NCBI RefSeq assembly: GCF_002571385.2
Contig: NW_019218004.1
Coordinates: 223,593-282,786 of the forward strand
From: Stylophora pistillata
Taxonomy: Eukaryota
Direction of reading: 5' to 3'
DNA length: 59,194 nt
The notes under the pieces were generated by a model. The model was given only the letters and a program-made list of their open reading frames with translations. It did not search any database and was not told the DNA's origin. Shown in pieces: positions 35,083 through 48,300 of the stretch. The stretch's first letter is position 1; each line of letters starts with the position of its first letter. The position numbers and the translations under genes were made by a program.

Positions 35083-36207
35083 TTAACTTGGTTGCTTTGC
35101 CTTGCCGTTCATTCGTATCCAGGATTTGAAGCGGTTACTTCTTCGGCTTTCTGCGCTTGTTCCAAAATGGTTAGCTTCAGTTACGGAAACTTCATCCATA
35201 GTATTGTTCCGAGAGGCCTCCCCTCGTCTGCAAAGCATTCGGCTGAATGCTGCGCGAAATTCCTTGTTAAATACCGTATAAATAAGCGGGTTTAACGAAC
35301 TGTTCATTATTGGCAAAACGGAGACAAATGGGATACTTATTGCTTGAGCAAGTGTCGGGTTCTTCTGAAAGGGTTCAAAACAGACCGTACACCATAAACT
35401 TATGACAATGAGGATGAAACCCGGCAGCCAGCATACAATAAACACTCCAATGACAATAGCAATAGTTTTTGTTGCTTTCAATTCCCGCAAAATTCGCCTT
35501 TTCCCCTTGTTTGGGTCAAGGGAAGCGACCGCTTTTGCTTGGGTGAACGCCACCCGAAACACGAACGAGTACGTTACGATGACTATTAGCAACGGCAAAA
35601 ATAATGCAACGGCCATCGCTGTAGTGTAATAAATTTTGTCAGATTTTCTACAGGATCGTGGATCCGTCGAGGTGATTTGAATGTTAGTTTGAGGGCCTCC
35701 CGACCAATTAACCAGGCTCAAAACTCCCCAGAGCATTGCGTAAACCCATACGAAGGCGATCAAAGAAAACCCCACTCGCTTGGTCATACGGCTCTGGTAC
35801 TCGAAAGGTTTGGTGATAGCTAGAAAGCGATCGACCGAGATGACGACCAGGTTACAGATAGAGGCACTGCTGAAAACAGTGTCCATAACTACCCAATAGG
35901 CACAAGTTGTCACGTCTCCCTCTTCCTGATCGAAGCACCAGTTGCCGTTGTGCACGCTGCTGACGATACGAAGCGGAAGATGACCAAGAGCGACGCACAG
36001 GTCAGATACTGCGAGGGAAATGATGAAGAAATTAGTCATTCGTCGCAAGCGATGGTAGAGATAAACCGCGGTGATAACCAGAAGGTTCCCAAATATTGTG
36101 GCCAGCATTATTAACACGAGAAACACAGTGTAAAGGATGAAAGTAGGTTTTGTCGGCTCCGTGCAAATGCTCAGATCTCCACTCGTCGTCGAGTTATTCG
36201 CATCCAT
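35083..36207 (-). CDS. Class A (rhodopsin-like) GPCR, biogenic-amine-receptor-like, intronless (374 aa)
   Basis: gccATGG start (MDANNSTT, N-glycosylation sequon) and 7 TM segments with GN, LAVSDL, C3.25, D3.32, DRF, W4.50, FLP, CWLP and NPLIY..FNKEFR. Confidence 0.96.
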   Translation of the reverse strand: MDANNSTTSGDLSICTEPTKPTFILYTVFLVLIMLATIFGNLLVITAVYLYHRLRRMTNFFIISLAVSDLCVALGHLPLRIVSSVHNGNWCFDQEEGDVTTCAYWVVMDTVFSSASICNLVVISVDRFLAITKPFEYQSRMTKRVGFSLIAFVWVYAMLWGVLSLVNWSGGPQTNIQITSTDPRSCRKSDKIYYTTAMAVALFLPLLIVIVTYSFVFRVAFTQAKAVASLDPNKGKRRILRELKATKTIAIVIGVFIVCWLPGFILIVISLWCTVCFEPFQKNPTLAQAISIPFVSVLPIMNSSLNPLIYTVFNKEFRAAFSRMLCRRGEASRNNTMDEVSVTEANHFGTSAESRRSNRFKSWIRMNGKAKQPS

Positions 36208-38202
36208 GGCCGTTTTTTCTCTTCTTGGAATGTTTCGCAGTAAGCTGTTAAAAGCGTTAGCCGTCCACAAGTCCTTCAAGTGACAACACCAGTTGTCGTT
36301 GGCGGGTTTTATGATCGCTTGCCCTGCAATTATTGGCTCAAATAAGCTTGCAATTAGTATGGATGAAATAGATAATAGTATATTATTAATTTGGGTTAAA
36401 TCAACCGCACCGTTCCTGGGGTCACGACGCTGAAAGATGACTGATCACAAGAGTTTAGATACTTGTCAAACCATAGCAACCAGTGAACATTCCTGACCTT
36501 GTGTTGATTACATTACGAAGTTCGTCACTCAAGTTACCGTGCAATCCAATAGTACAAGACTAACCAAGGATTGTCCGCTTTGACAGAAATTATTTTCAAG
36601 TGCTCTATTTTTGTCCTTATTGGGTGTCCCAACATGGGAAGAAATTTCTCAATCGAGCACGTAACATGAAGAATTGTTGTTTTGTTTTTTCGAACGGAAG
36701 CTTTTGACGGTTTTAAAGTGGCTCACTAGCGGGAGCTTGTGAAAATAAAACGCCCGCAGGCGAAAGCAATTCACCGTCAGTCGTCAGAGATAAAAAGTGC
36801 TCGTGGATGAAACGCGCCATTGTACAAATTCTCATGTGAAGCTCTCAAATTTCTTGAGATTGGTTTTAAGTCAACGTAGGAAAATAATTTGGAAAGCTGC
36901 TTATAAGTTGCACCAGGGTAAATAGAATCAGTAAGTGAGATATTGAACGCGCTTCGATCGCAATTGTGCCTTTTTCGTCCCGCTAGCTGCAGGTTCGGAT
37001 ATTTTGAATTTTCTGCGGACATGAGACAGGCGAAATATGAGCTTTCCAGAGGACAAGCAATTTAATCCTTCTCATCTGCCGGGATAATTACTTCCTGTTA
37101 GACGCAACTTCAATCAACCTAAATGGGCATAAGAAGAATAGTGTTTTTAGCACTCAGTACGTTCAATTTTGACCTACTTTGGTTCTTTTCGCCACGAATA
37201 TAAGATAAAATTACTTCAGAAGGTATGTCCTAATATGGCCTGAAAAAGCACTGTGTTTTGATAAAGAGTTCATCGCAAGACAAGGCATGTTTCTGATTTC
37301 TTTCTACCCCGGATGGGCTGTTTAGTTTAAGCTCTTGCGAATACCATATAAATATTATTTCAACAGATTAAATAGATACTCGAACGCGAATTAATTAGCC
37401 ACCTCAGCAGGGACGGAGAAGAGAGAGTGAGAGGGCGATATTGAATTTCCCATTCAGTTCCATCGTGCGCTGAAAGCTGATCTGTGGGGTAGCATATTGT
37501 TTCAGGCGATTTCCCGCAAATTCCGTTTGGGCGTGATGATGTCGTGCGTCAAAGACGTCACAACTTTAGAGAAACTTTATACAAACGTGCTGCGAATGCT
37601 AATAACGTTCGAGACAAATTTCCTTTTGACGTCCGAAATGGCGAATTGACTAATGATTTGACAGCAGGCATGTGTGCTAAGAAACTCAAGGCTGGGAATG
37701 ACCGTCTTTTTTCCCGTAGAGTCTATTTAAAAGAATTTCCGCCCAGCGCGGCGCTTTTAAAGTTGGTTAAAAGACAACTGCCTGTTCGCAATTCATTGAA
37801 AATTTATTTAAATGCAGCAGCTGAAAAAGAATTTAGCAACTGACTTTGCCATCTAACATAAAATACTAAACAATTGACACATTGACATAAGCTGAGTTTA
37901 ACTTTTATTTCCTTGTTTTGGTTACTGATTTACCTGTTTCAGCAAATTTCAGGCAATTTGATTGGCACAAGGATATTGATATGAGATTTTCTTTGAATTT
38001 ATTATAGAGCTACAAGGAACTTCCATTATCTATCATCTCCATCAGTCTTCAAATCTACGATAAACGATTCAGGATACTCTAAAATAGTTGAATGAAGGTG
38101 AATCCCTTCGAGTCTTTTCTCGACCAAATTTCATGAAAGTTCCTGCAGAAACGTTCGTGGGTGCAGTTCTACGTAAAGTCCCAGAATATTCCTCGCTGTT
38201 AC

Positions 38203-38266
38203 ATTCAATAGGCGAAAGGTTATTGGTTCAGTAGGCATTCAATAGGCGAAAGGTTATTGGTTCAGA
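38203..38266. repeat. Direct tandem duplication (~30-bp unit)
   Basis: cattcaataggcgaaaggttattggttcag occurs twice, separated by tagg. Confidence 0.9.
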
Positions 38267-39931
38267 ATTTTCTTAAACTGCGACGATGAAAAAGTTCGCT
38301 TATCTTAAGTGAGTTTCTGTTAAAAGATAGATAAGCATTTTACAGTAAAATAACGTTCACAGTCCGCCGCTTTTTAAAGTATTTGACCCCAAAGAAACAG
38401 CGATCGTTGTGCTAATACCAAATATTGAGCAATATGTGTTTTATCTCCTTATCGTCCTAAAATTGAAAGCAATAAAAATATAAAACAAATAGGTGAAAGT
38501 CCTCGTCATATCGCACTCGAAAGTGGCCAATCAGATACCGTAAAAATATACCTGCCTTTCCATTGAGGCAGATTTGAAATTCGAATATTCTACTTTTAAA
38601 TTCGAATAAAGTAAACAGAAAAAAAATCAGTTGCAATAGTTTTGAGCACAATTCTTTTCTTTGTCTTTAAAAACAATTAGTTCGAAAAGAGAAGTCTATT
38701 ACAATAAAGTATATTATAGACCGGATAGGATCGGCTTAAATATAAGAGATTTTTTTCAAAGTTTCTTTTTCCAAGATGATTTATCTCGTACTTTTATTTC
38801 TTTCTACGTCATCAATGGTAAATATGATCGTTTCATTCTGTGCCACGACACCAAAGTCTTCAAAGTAGTCCAGCGAGTCAAAATAAACCATCAGCATCTT
38901 TGTTGCTAATTCGACATCGACAGACAAACTGGGCTATGAAATATTCAAAGAGGCAGATTTCCAAGAGGATTCTTTTGAGAGAACAACCAAATGCACTAAC
39001 CTTTCAGACCAGTTGCGACTATCTCTCCCACATTAAAAGGGTAAGACCCCCTATATCAGTAAACACAGGAAAATATATCCTTTTCACTGACATAACATTT
39101 TTTTTTTCGTGTGGGAAAGAACTAAACAGATCTGAATTAGAGGTGAAAGGCACACGGATTTGACGCTGGAACGAAAATGGACTTGTAAAGACAAAAACAA
39201 AAACAAAACAATTAAAATGCTCTCGATCTTTTTAGTGATCTTAGACATACCGGAAATCAATGAAATTAACTTTGAAAATTCAGTTGACAACTATCTATCA
39301 TCTCACACAGCAAGGGACTCGTGGGTTTTTCGTTGAGTATCCACTTACCCGGCGGAGGCGCGGTGCCAGCTGCGCGCCACAGTAAAAGATGCTTTTTTAC
39401 CAGAGTAAAGCGTGGGGGTATCGAATTGGGTGCTAAAAACCTAGTTGTATATAGGAGGCGCATCTACAGCATTCCAGTTTTATCAAGGAGCTGTGATGAA
39501 CCATGTTTAATTTCTGGCACGTAAGACCTTGAGCAAGGGTTGAGGCACAAACAAATAAAAATTTGAATAATCACAGAACAAAGCATAATTAGAAATGAAA
39601 AATAAGGCAAGGCCCAAGGTTTGCAGAAGTCTATAAGATAAATAAATATCATTATAATAGACAAGCTTTACCATGGCTTAATCGACAATAGTTTCTCCTT
39701 AAGTACTCCTTTTACCTAAACTTTTTTTTTTTGACACGGGCCATCGTCTTCCGTCTTGTATCAACGAGCCAAGAAATCACTGAAGTGTTGAGGCAGAACT
39801 TGTTTCAGTCTCCCGTCAAATAACACGAGTTGGGCGACTTGGAGTTAAAGGCTGAACGATTGTAGCAAACAGGAAAAAGAAAAAAAAAAGATGATCATAA
39901 AGACGAGATTAGACAGAAGGGGAGAGATGAA

Positions 39932-40329
39932 CCGGGGGGGTACTCCCTTATAAGGGCTTAATGGGGACGCGCGGCCGCGGCCAGCCAGGGTATGTTTTTC
40001 GAGATTTTTGTCTTAAACAGGGTATCGAATTGATCATTTTTTGTCTTAATCGGGGTATCGATTTATCAATTTTTGTCTTAAACAGGATATCTTTTCTTGG
40101 AAGATAAACAGCAAAATTTTTACAAGTTCTAACTTTAATTAATATTGAATTCTGTTGATTTTGGCATTGATACCAGGCACATTAAATCTCTTAAACAGGG
40201 TATCAAAAATCTGAATTCTGTCTTAAACAGGGTGGGAAAATCAGCGATATTTGTCTTAAACGGGGTCAGGGAATGAGGGGCGGTGCCGCACCTCCCCACC
40301 CAGGAATATGTTGAGTACCGGCCCCCCGG
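39932..40329. mobile_element. MITE with 8-bp TSD
   Basis: TIR CCGGGGGGGTACTC / GAGTACCGGCCCCCCGG with a perfect GAGATGAA TSD (39924-39931, 40330-40337). Internal repeated TGTCTTAAACAGGG motifs. Confidence 0.9.
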
Positions 40330-41714
40330 GAGATGAACAAAGAAGTCTTTCGCGGAACCGCGCGATATATGGTTTGGGCAGTTCCATTGATTGAACCTTA
40401 TTTTCGATCAAGCTACTTTCACACTTCTCTAACTCCGAACTTGCTGCAAATATTCCTCCTCCAGCGATTTAAATTTTACCTAATCTTTTCAGTCTTTGTT
40501 AATGTTTGATAAAGAAGCGTGACCGCGTCACAGCACTCTTCATAAACCTTCCTAAACAAACTGAATGGCTGGGCCAAGTTTGAAATTAGCTTTCTAAAAA
40601 TGTTGAACATTGAAAACCTCTCATACCAATCGCGACAAACTGAAGACTAACAATGTGATTCGCTATCCAAAGTTCTAAACGGAAAAAAAAATGAGGAATG
40701 ATATATTTTGCAAAAGTCCAGACCGCAAGACGTGAACTTTCGGGGCCAAATTCGCCGATACGAAAGCCGCTCGATCCTAACCCTTACAAAAACAAAGAAA
40801 TGGGGAATCTGTTAAGTCTATGTTTCAGTGTTGTTACAATAGGTGATTGATACAAGAACAATCTGTTATTGTTTTAAGAGGAAAACTCACGTTCAGAACG
40901 ATGCTAAATTGAAGAGCAACAACATCAGTCGTGTCATTTGTCCTACATGTACCGTAAACCTTTATTACTTTCTACCTTTAAATTTTTCAAGGAGTCTGCG
41001 AGATTTACACATCTGGTTTTTACACATTTTAATTAAGTGGGTTTGGTTCATCATAATTCATGGATGTTCGAAACCACATGTAATTCCTAACTGAATTTGG
41101 AAAATTCCACAGGGAAATTACATTTGTATTTAAAATTACTTCAGTAAAGGTTGCTATGAGTCTGGAATTTTCAAGATTAAAAAGCATTTTGAATGAATTG
41201 TTATGAACAGGCATGAATCGTTGAGAACACAATTACAGATTAAACAAATTTACTTTTAATCTCTTCCATAGGGTCCGAGTAATTGTCTTTTATTTGCTGA
41301 CAAAAAAGATGTGCTCTCTTCAAATATAGGAGCGGCTACATGAAAACAAGTTAATTTCGTCGAATCTTTTATAAAGGACTTCCGACAAGGGGAGAGATGA
41401 TTTGATTGTCAGTTTTCATATTAAAAACGGACTTATTATCTCCAAAATTAATTAAATTTCTAAGTAAAGGCAACTCCGGTAGTCATACGCCATGAACAAG
41501 TTAAACAGAGAACAATACAGTATTATGTACAGTTTTGGTCCCAATAGTATTCACATCGCCACGATCACTTTTAAAGGCATTCGATAATTAGTAAAATGAA
41601 TCTTGCGTTATCTTTCCAAGGGTCTATCATTATTCTTTTGAATAATCATACGATTTGTCCACAAAGAGCAACTATGCAATACAGGGTCTCTTTTGAAGGA
41701 ACATACGTCTGATG

Positions 41715-42030
41715 ACTCGTTGGCTCAGCTGTCGATGAGGAATAAACTATATGCGCGTTAAGCGTTAAGTCCACAGATTAAGTGGCTCCTTTGGCTCGGC
41801 GGTGGATGAAAGAACGATGAGCGGGTCTACATATTCAGTGGCTCGTTTGGCTCGTTTGGCTCGTTTAGTTCGGCGGTGGATGAAAAAACGAGGAATGATC
41901 TATATGTGTGTTAAGTCAGTCTTAGGTCTTTATATTCAGTGGCTCGATTAAATGGCTCGGCAGTGGATTAAGGAACTTGAAATAATCTAATTGCAAGTCA
42001 AGTCTCAGGTTTATATATTCAGTGGCTCGC
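41715..42030. repeat. Degenerate tandem repeat
   Basis: 3-4 copies of tatattcagtggctcg...ggctcggcggtggatgaa. Confidence 0.65.
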
Positions 42031-42280
42031 GTGCATGGTTGAAGGTGATAGCAGCGAATTTTTAAGTGTTTGAATAACATACATTTTTTGTAAAAGGTAA
42101 GGGTGAACTTAAGTAGTTTAAAACTAAGTGTTTCGTAACTAATGTCACTATGGTGTGTCAAAGGCGGTTAAGAAGCGACATTTTAAAATCATATTAACGT
42201 CGCAAGGTAACAAACAACCAATATTATTGTCAAGGTATTGAACAAGGTGTTGAAGATTGTGCACATAACGAGACACACCA

Positions 42281-42605
42281 CACCATATGCTGTCCAGACT
42301 TAGAAAAACGAGAGGGGAGCAAAAGAATTTATTACGTCAGGTTGTGGGTGTTTACAGACACTCATTTAATCCCTTCACAATATATATGACCGCATCTTAT
42401 AATCCTTCATCAGCTGACATTTGTCAGGAATGTCAACTACGTGCACATCTCACCATATGCTGTCCAGTCTTGGACAAATGAGAGAGGAGCCAAATAATTT
42501 ATTACGTCAGGTAGTGGATGTTTACAGACACTCAAATTATCCCTTCACAATAAATGACCGCATCTTTTAATCCTTCAACAGCTGACATTTGTCAGGAATG
42601 TCAAA
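42281..42605. repeat. ~170-bp tandem duplication
   Basis: caccatatgctgtccag...cagctgacatttgtcaggaatgtcaa starts at 42281 and again at about 42452, moderately diverged. Confidence 0.9.
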
Positions 42606-43020
42606 TGCGCGCAGTATTAAACTTATTAATCATTTGTGTAATTCCCTGATATTGCAGGATTTTTTTGAAACACGTCATATCGCGGATGTATGGAGAATAG
42701 ATGCACTTTTAACGACTTGTGGTTGTGGGAAAATTACCTCACGTTTTATGTTTAATGGTCATATACTTCATATGGAAAACGTGCTTTTATAACGAAAACT
42801 ATAATCAGTATGGACAATTGGGATACTTTATCAAAGTACAGATACTTGAACGCGGGCACTGTCATGTAATCGAATTAAAAGAACGTTAAGAAGGGTCGAG
42901 TAAAAATACTAAAAAAATCAGATTATGTTTATTGCTACCGATATCAACACAAGCATAAGCGTCACTTGGCTCACTAGCAGCGACAAAATTGCATTGGGTG
43001 AAAGATTCAAGGAGATCAAG

Positions 43021-43140
43021 CAAATATCAAAGTCTAGGGTACAACGAATGGAGCTAAATTGGCAGATCTAAAACTAGACAAATATTGAAGTCTAGGGTAC
43101 AACGAATGAAGCTAAATTGGCAGATCTAAAACTAGACAAA
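43021..43140. repeat. 58-bp tandem duplication
   Basis: caaatat..aagtctagggtacaacgaatg.agctaaattggcagatctaaaactaga x2. Confidence 0.9.
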
Positions 43141-43327
43141 CTATTCCCAGAACTTGACCCAAAAACAAAAACTATAAGGTGAGAGCGGTCTCACTATTAA
43201 AGACTATTGAACTGTGCAAAGGCAATTAAAGGACATTTGTGAAACATGGAATTTTTCATCATAAGGGTGTTTATTTCAGTCTCAGTAATAACTTTTCATG
43301 AAGGTAGCGCAAAAGGATCAGTTTTAT

Positions 43328-43775
43328 CACAGGCGTCCCTAGCTCACGTCGCGAGGAAAAGCGAACGGGATTATTTCATGAAAGCGTCACGCGTTGTGTG
43401 ACATCGCGAGTAAGTGTTGAGAATTTGAATGCGTTATAAGGTATGGGGAACAAAATATGGTCTATTTAAAACACTAAATATTCTGAAATATGAATATTTT
43501 ACACGTTGGATTAATAAAACTTACTTATTCCTTGTGTGTCTGTCGTGTTTTTTTTGGCGATTTCTCTCGTTTTGGGCATGCTTTGCCATCACTGCTTTTC
43601 CTATTATTAGAATAATTAGTGTATTAAATGGACCATATTTTGTTCCCCATACTATTCCTTATAACTCATTCAAATTCTCAGCGGTTACTCGGGTAAATTA
43701 ACACCGCGTCACACAACGCGTGACGCTTTCATGAAATACCGCTTTTCCTGGAGACGTGAGCTTGGGATGCCTGTG
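43328..43775. mobile_element. Palindromic MITE with CACAG...CTGTG ends
   Basis: About 150-bp imperfect inverted arms (e.g. atttcatgaaagcgtcacgcgttgtgtgac / gtcacacaacgcgtgacgctttcatgaaat). No clear TSD. Confidence 0.85.
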
Positions 43776-44759
43776 GTTCAAGTTGTATTTGTTTTGCGAC
43801 AATAATAGACACGCCTCTTGGCGTGTGAAGTATATTCGGGAAATTTTTTTCATCACGTAGAAAAACCCAACAGATCACCCGCGGCTGAAAGAATCTGGAT
43901 CTATATAGTTTTGCGGCTAGTAGTCTGTTCAGTTTTTTCTAAATAAGGAGTGGAAACTGTCGGCGAAAAGAAATTGGAACCATGGGGGAGTGGGCCATAA
44001 CCGTGTTCGCGATGCCCCTTCCCGATTTTGATTATCAGCTTGCTTCCCTCCACGTTCGCAAAGCAAAAGGGAAACAAAATGAACAGTAGGGAGCCGCAAT
44101 TCAGAGTGAGGAAATGACAGAAACTAATAAATCATTGTACAATCAGAAATAATTATTGCTGATGTAGAGTTAACTAGTCAAGATAAAGTTTAATGAGGCA
44201 TATTATGCATCTCGCAGATGTGGTAATAACCTTCTGATTGGTATGATTAAAGAACCAAATCTTTTGCAAATATAGCAAATGATTAGTCTTAGAGACCATA
44301 AGACACCATCGCTCGACGTTACTCCAACACACCTTGAACCAACAAAACACTTTTTCTCAACGGAGGAACTGCGAAGATATATGACCTCCCTTTCATTAGC
44401 TACGCCTTCAGTCCTATCAACATCTGAACGACGCTCGTAAAAGATTTTTCTACCGCACCTGTCTCTATCGTATAAGACCCCTGAATCCAGTTGTTGAAGG
44501 AGGGGTATATTTCATTGCTCCTCAGTTCCGGCTCACAGCATTAACTATCCCTCGGGTGAGTCCACCTAGTAACATCAAAAGAGACTCTTAACCGATACTC
44601 TTAGGTTATGGAAGGCTTGACGGCCAACTACACACTCGGATGAGGAATGATTGATAAGCTGTGATGCTTTTTCCATCATCTCTCCTCATAAATATCTATA
44701 AGTCCTTTGTTTTTAATTGATTTAACTTATGAACTCTTTGCTTGCGTCTTGAAAAATTT

Positions 44760-45350
44760 CCAAAAAAATTGTTGTTCTCCAAGAACGAGTATTACATTTA
44801 ATTTACTTTACCGATAGAAAAGAACATATTAGCCTAATTCGTAAAAGCAAAAACCCTACCTATTGACTCCCTATAGTATAAAGTTGTATGTCAATTAATG
44901 CTCTATGTTTATAACGTCAGTGCACCTTCTAATATCATGTTAACGAGAACGTCACTCATCCATACCTATAAGTAAGCACTCTAGGCTGACACAAAGAAAG
45001 GTCTTTTCGCGCGTTGGGGTCAAAATCTGGAATGAGATAGCAATGAATAATTGTCAAAGAAATCTTAAAAAAAAAAAGAAATAAAAAAAGCTTTCTAAAT
45101 ATTCTACTGAGACACTGAGGATTTTAACATTGTGCCGGACGAGATAAAGCTAAAATTCAAACACTGTAAAACTGACACAAACTGAACCAGTTCTATGATA
45201 TTAATAAAACACTTAAAAACTCAATGTCTATTTATGTATTATTTATCCAATTCTGTATCATTTCCACCATAATTTAATTAAGTTAAATTTAATTTAGTTC
45301 AATAGAAAATTAACCCGCCTCTATCAGCATTTGCGATCTGCGGGTTAAAG
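44760..45350 (+). mobile_element. Highly decayed LINE 3' end
   Basis: FSRVGVKIWNEI-like C-terminal motif at about 45005-45040 and a terminal stem-loop ttaacccgc...gcgggttaa at 45310-45348. Confidence 0.5.
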
Positions 45351-48300
45351 GAATATTTTGCTTGTTAATAACAGAAAATAAATAAAGTGTGAAAGTGTGA
45401 ACGGGTTAAAGAAGAGCACCACGAATTCCTTTGTTTTATTGACACCTACAGAGGAAATCAGTTTATCTACTTGAGCAAAGAACGAATCTTGAGGATCCCA
45501 CATAACATTGTCTAGAACCATCAGTAACGTGCAATTGTCAACAAACTTTATTGAGGAAGCGTGGAAGAACGAATACCTGTTTGGTATATGCAGAGCATGA
45601 TGACAGTATTGCGAAAAGGGAGCGAAACATTTATTATGTGTACAGAGCAATTACTAAATCATGATGATGTAGTTTTCGTGTAATTTGACAGGTTAATTAA
45701 ATCAGGTTTAACTGGTTTTAGCTATACTTTTGGTAAGAACACTCACCAAATATTGGTTCATTGAAGCACTCTGACATCCAGTCACTGATTCAGCTGGTTT
45801 TTAAACATTTTCTTCCTCAGTTTGAGACAAAGGTGACGGTGATGTAATGAGACCAGTCTTCTGGGGAAAGAAGGAACACAAGAGGTCAATAAACTTACTC
45901 GCACGAAACCTGTGGATCGTGTTTCTTTTAGTCTACTTTTTCAAATTAAAGTGGATCACGAACTAGCGGTTATTTGCCTTTTTCCATCTGCATGAAAAGG
46001 AATGGATGACAGTATATGCTTCTGACTGATGTGGCCCGTTTAGGACCCATACCCTCCTAAACCTGTTAAAAAGGTTGGCCGGCTAGGCTATCAAATGGGT
46101 GAATGTAAGGACTGCATTCAATTCAACAGCACTGCAGGCAATTTTTTCCTTAATCAACAAGAAAGGAGTCAACACATTTCCATTACAAGATCACATTATG
46201 TAATGGCTATCAAATTTTATCCCAAACGCCATTACAGTGTGATCTTCCTCAGTCTTCCCCATGACGAGTGTGCAATACTAAAAAGGCCGGTAAAGAGGGT
46301 AACGTGCTGTAGAAGAGGCTTTGGAAGTGGCTTCGAGAATATTTGTCAACTATTCATGTACTACATAATTTATTCACAAGATTCAGTAGATGTACCTAAA
46401 AACTAGCGATACAATGGAACATTCTTTGCTGGCTGATCCGTATCTCATTGTTATTAAGTACTTTCCAAGCATTTTGAGAAGCTTTTATAAACCACAATAT
46501 GTGCAATTGCGGCAGATTTTCGTCATTATGCTGCAAACATTAGGATTGGTCTGTCACAGTATATATGAAGCTGGTTTTACAAGCAGACAAGCTTCAAATA
46601 TTTTCGGAAATAATAAAAAAAAATAAGCGTAGAAACTCTGCAGTCTAGCATGTCATGCAAGGTAAGGTTCATCTTGAATTGACGGAGATTTTTTTTCGTG
46701 ATCAACGTCAGTAATCTTCTTTGTTTATTTGTAATGAAAGCTTCCCAGCTCTCCGTTGGTACGCTGATAAGGAGATGAATAAAACAGTCGTTATCAACTC
46801 TACCTTAGCCAAATCTTAAAGTGCAAACCACATTCTTTTAATTGGCTTTGTTGTGGTCGCTAATACAGGTACAAGTAGGTACAGGTACATGCAAAATAGG
46901 CACCACGTTCACATGTTTCTAGTCCAATTACGTACAGCTATGATCGATTTTTATATCACTGGGTTCTGAATAAATTCTACTAGTATTAAAACTATTGCAT
47001 CTGACTTAAAGGTATATCCTCGGCTATCAACTTGCATTATTTCTATGTCCTGCTTCGGGAGTGCACTTATCAATAAATCAGAGCACAGTGCATTTATGGA
47101 CGTGACTAATGTAACGACTGTTTCGGTTTTCACATTAATCTGCTACTCAATCCAATGAATAAATCTGTTCGGTAGCCGCTGAGTGAGAGACTAATTTTCC
47201 AGTCCTGAAGTTTAGAAGAGGTTAAGAAAAAAACGTTAACTCAAGGCAAATGCAAATCTGATATAGTAGCAGCCAAAGACAAGTATCACCTTCATCAGGT
47301 AAGCTTCGTTGAACTTAACTACAAGAAAGGTAGTCTTCCGTTTAACGTTTTTTTTTTTTTTTTAAGAAGTCAGAACAAAAAACTGTAAAAAAAAAAAATT
47401 CTTTTGTTTATGTTGCCGCGATTCACCAAATAAATATACGTTGACGTGCCCCCAAAATGCCTGTAAGACCAATGGGTCGCACCTCCTACTAGAAAATCCT
47501 TCCCCCATCCCCATGCACCCTCCGCGTGCGGTATCATGTCGTGAGATTTACCTTTCATTTACACTTTGTTTAATATATATATATATCTATATATACTGTG
47601 AATCCTTTTGGATCGTTCTGGCGCGGCGTCACTGTTGGCTCGAGGCCTTTTAACTTGTTATATATATATATGATATATATAAAAGATCATCATGATATCA
47701 TGTATATTGAAATTAAACTCGGTTTTAAACTATTCAAATCTTAGTGTATAGAGCCGGTTGGATTTTACAGCTTTGTTAAAAGATACAACACACACTCACA
47801 AAAGTGGTTTCACTGAACTGTACTTTCCGGCTAAAAAATTCCTCACTCATTTTATTCGTCAAAACAAAGCTGACCGCCAGTTAAAACATCCTCAGCGGGC
47901 GACATGAAATGAGGAGTATCTACGATTTATATCTGCTTAAATATACACGGGTTCCATTATTCAAAACCACTAACAAAATCGGTTACAATGCGGCTTTTCA
48001 GAATACTATTGACTGATAATCCTTGTAAGAAGCGGATCAAGGCAAAAAAAGGTAAGGTTTGGGGAAAAGGTGAACTCATGTTTAGGAAAATTGAAAAAGG
48101 TATTGATCAAATAATTTAGGAAGGGAAAGACGGGAGTATTTTCAAAGAATTCTGGTTTTTGTAACAATAGATCTGCAGAAATTTTCAAAATCAATAATGT
48201 AGTAAAACTTAAACATAGAGCAAAATGCAAAGTTTTTCAGCTTTGGAAAAGGACCATACATTTAAATTTTGTCACCACTACGTGTTGCATGCAACTTTAA

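Noticed and set aside
36208-36279. N-terminal extension of the GPCR from the ORF track
   Set aside because: It begins at a non-ATG codon. The first ATG at 36207 has a strong gccATGG context.
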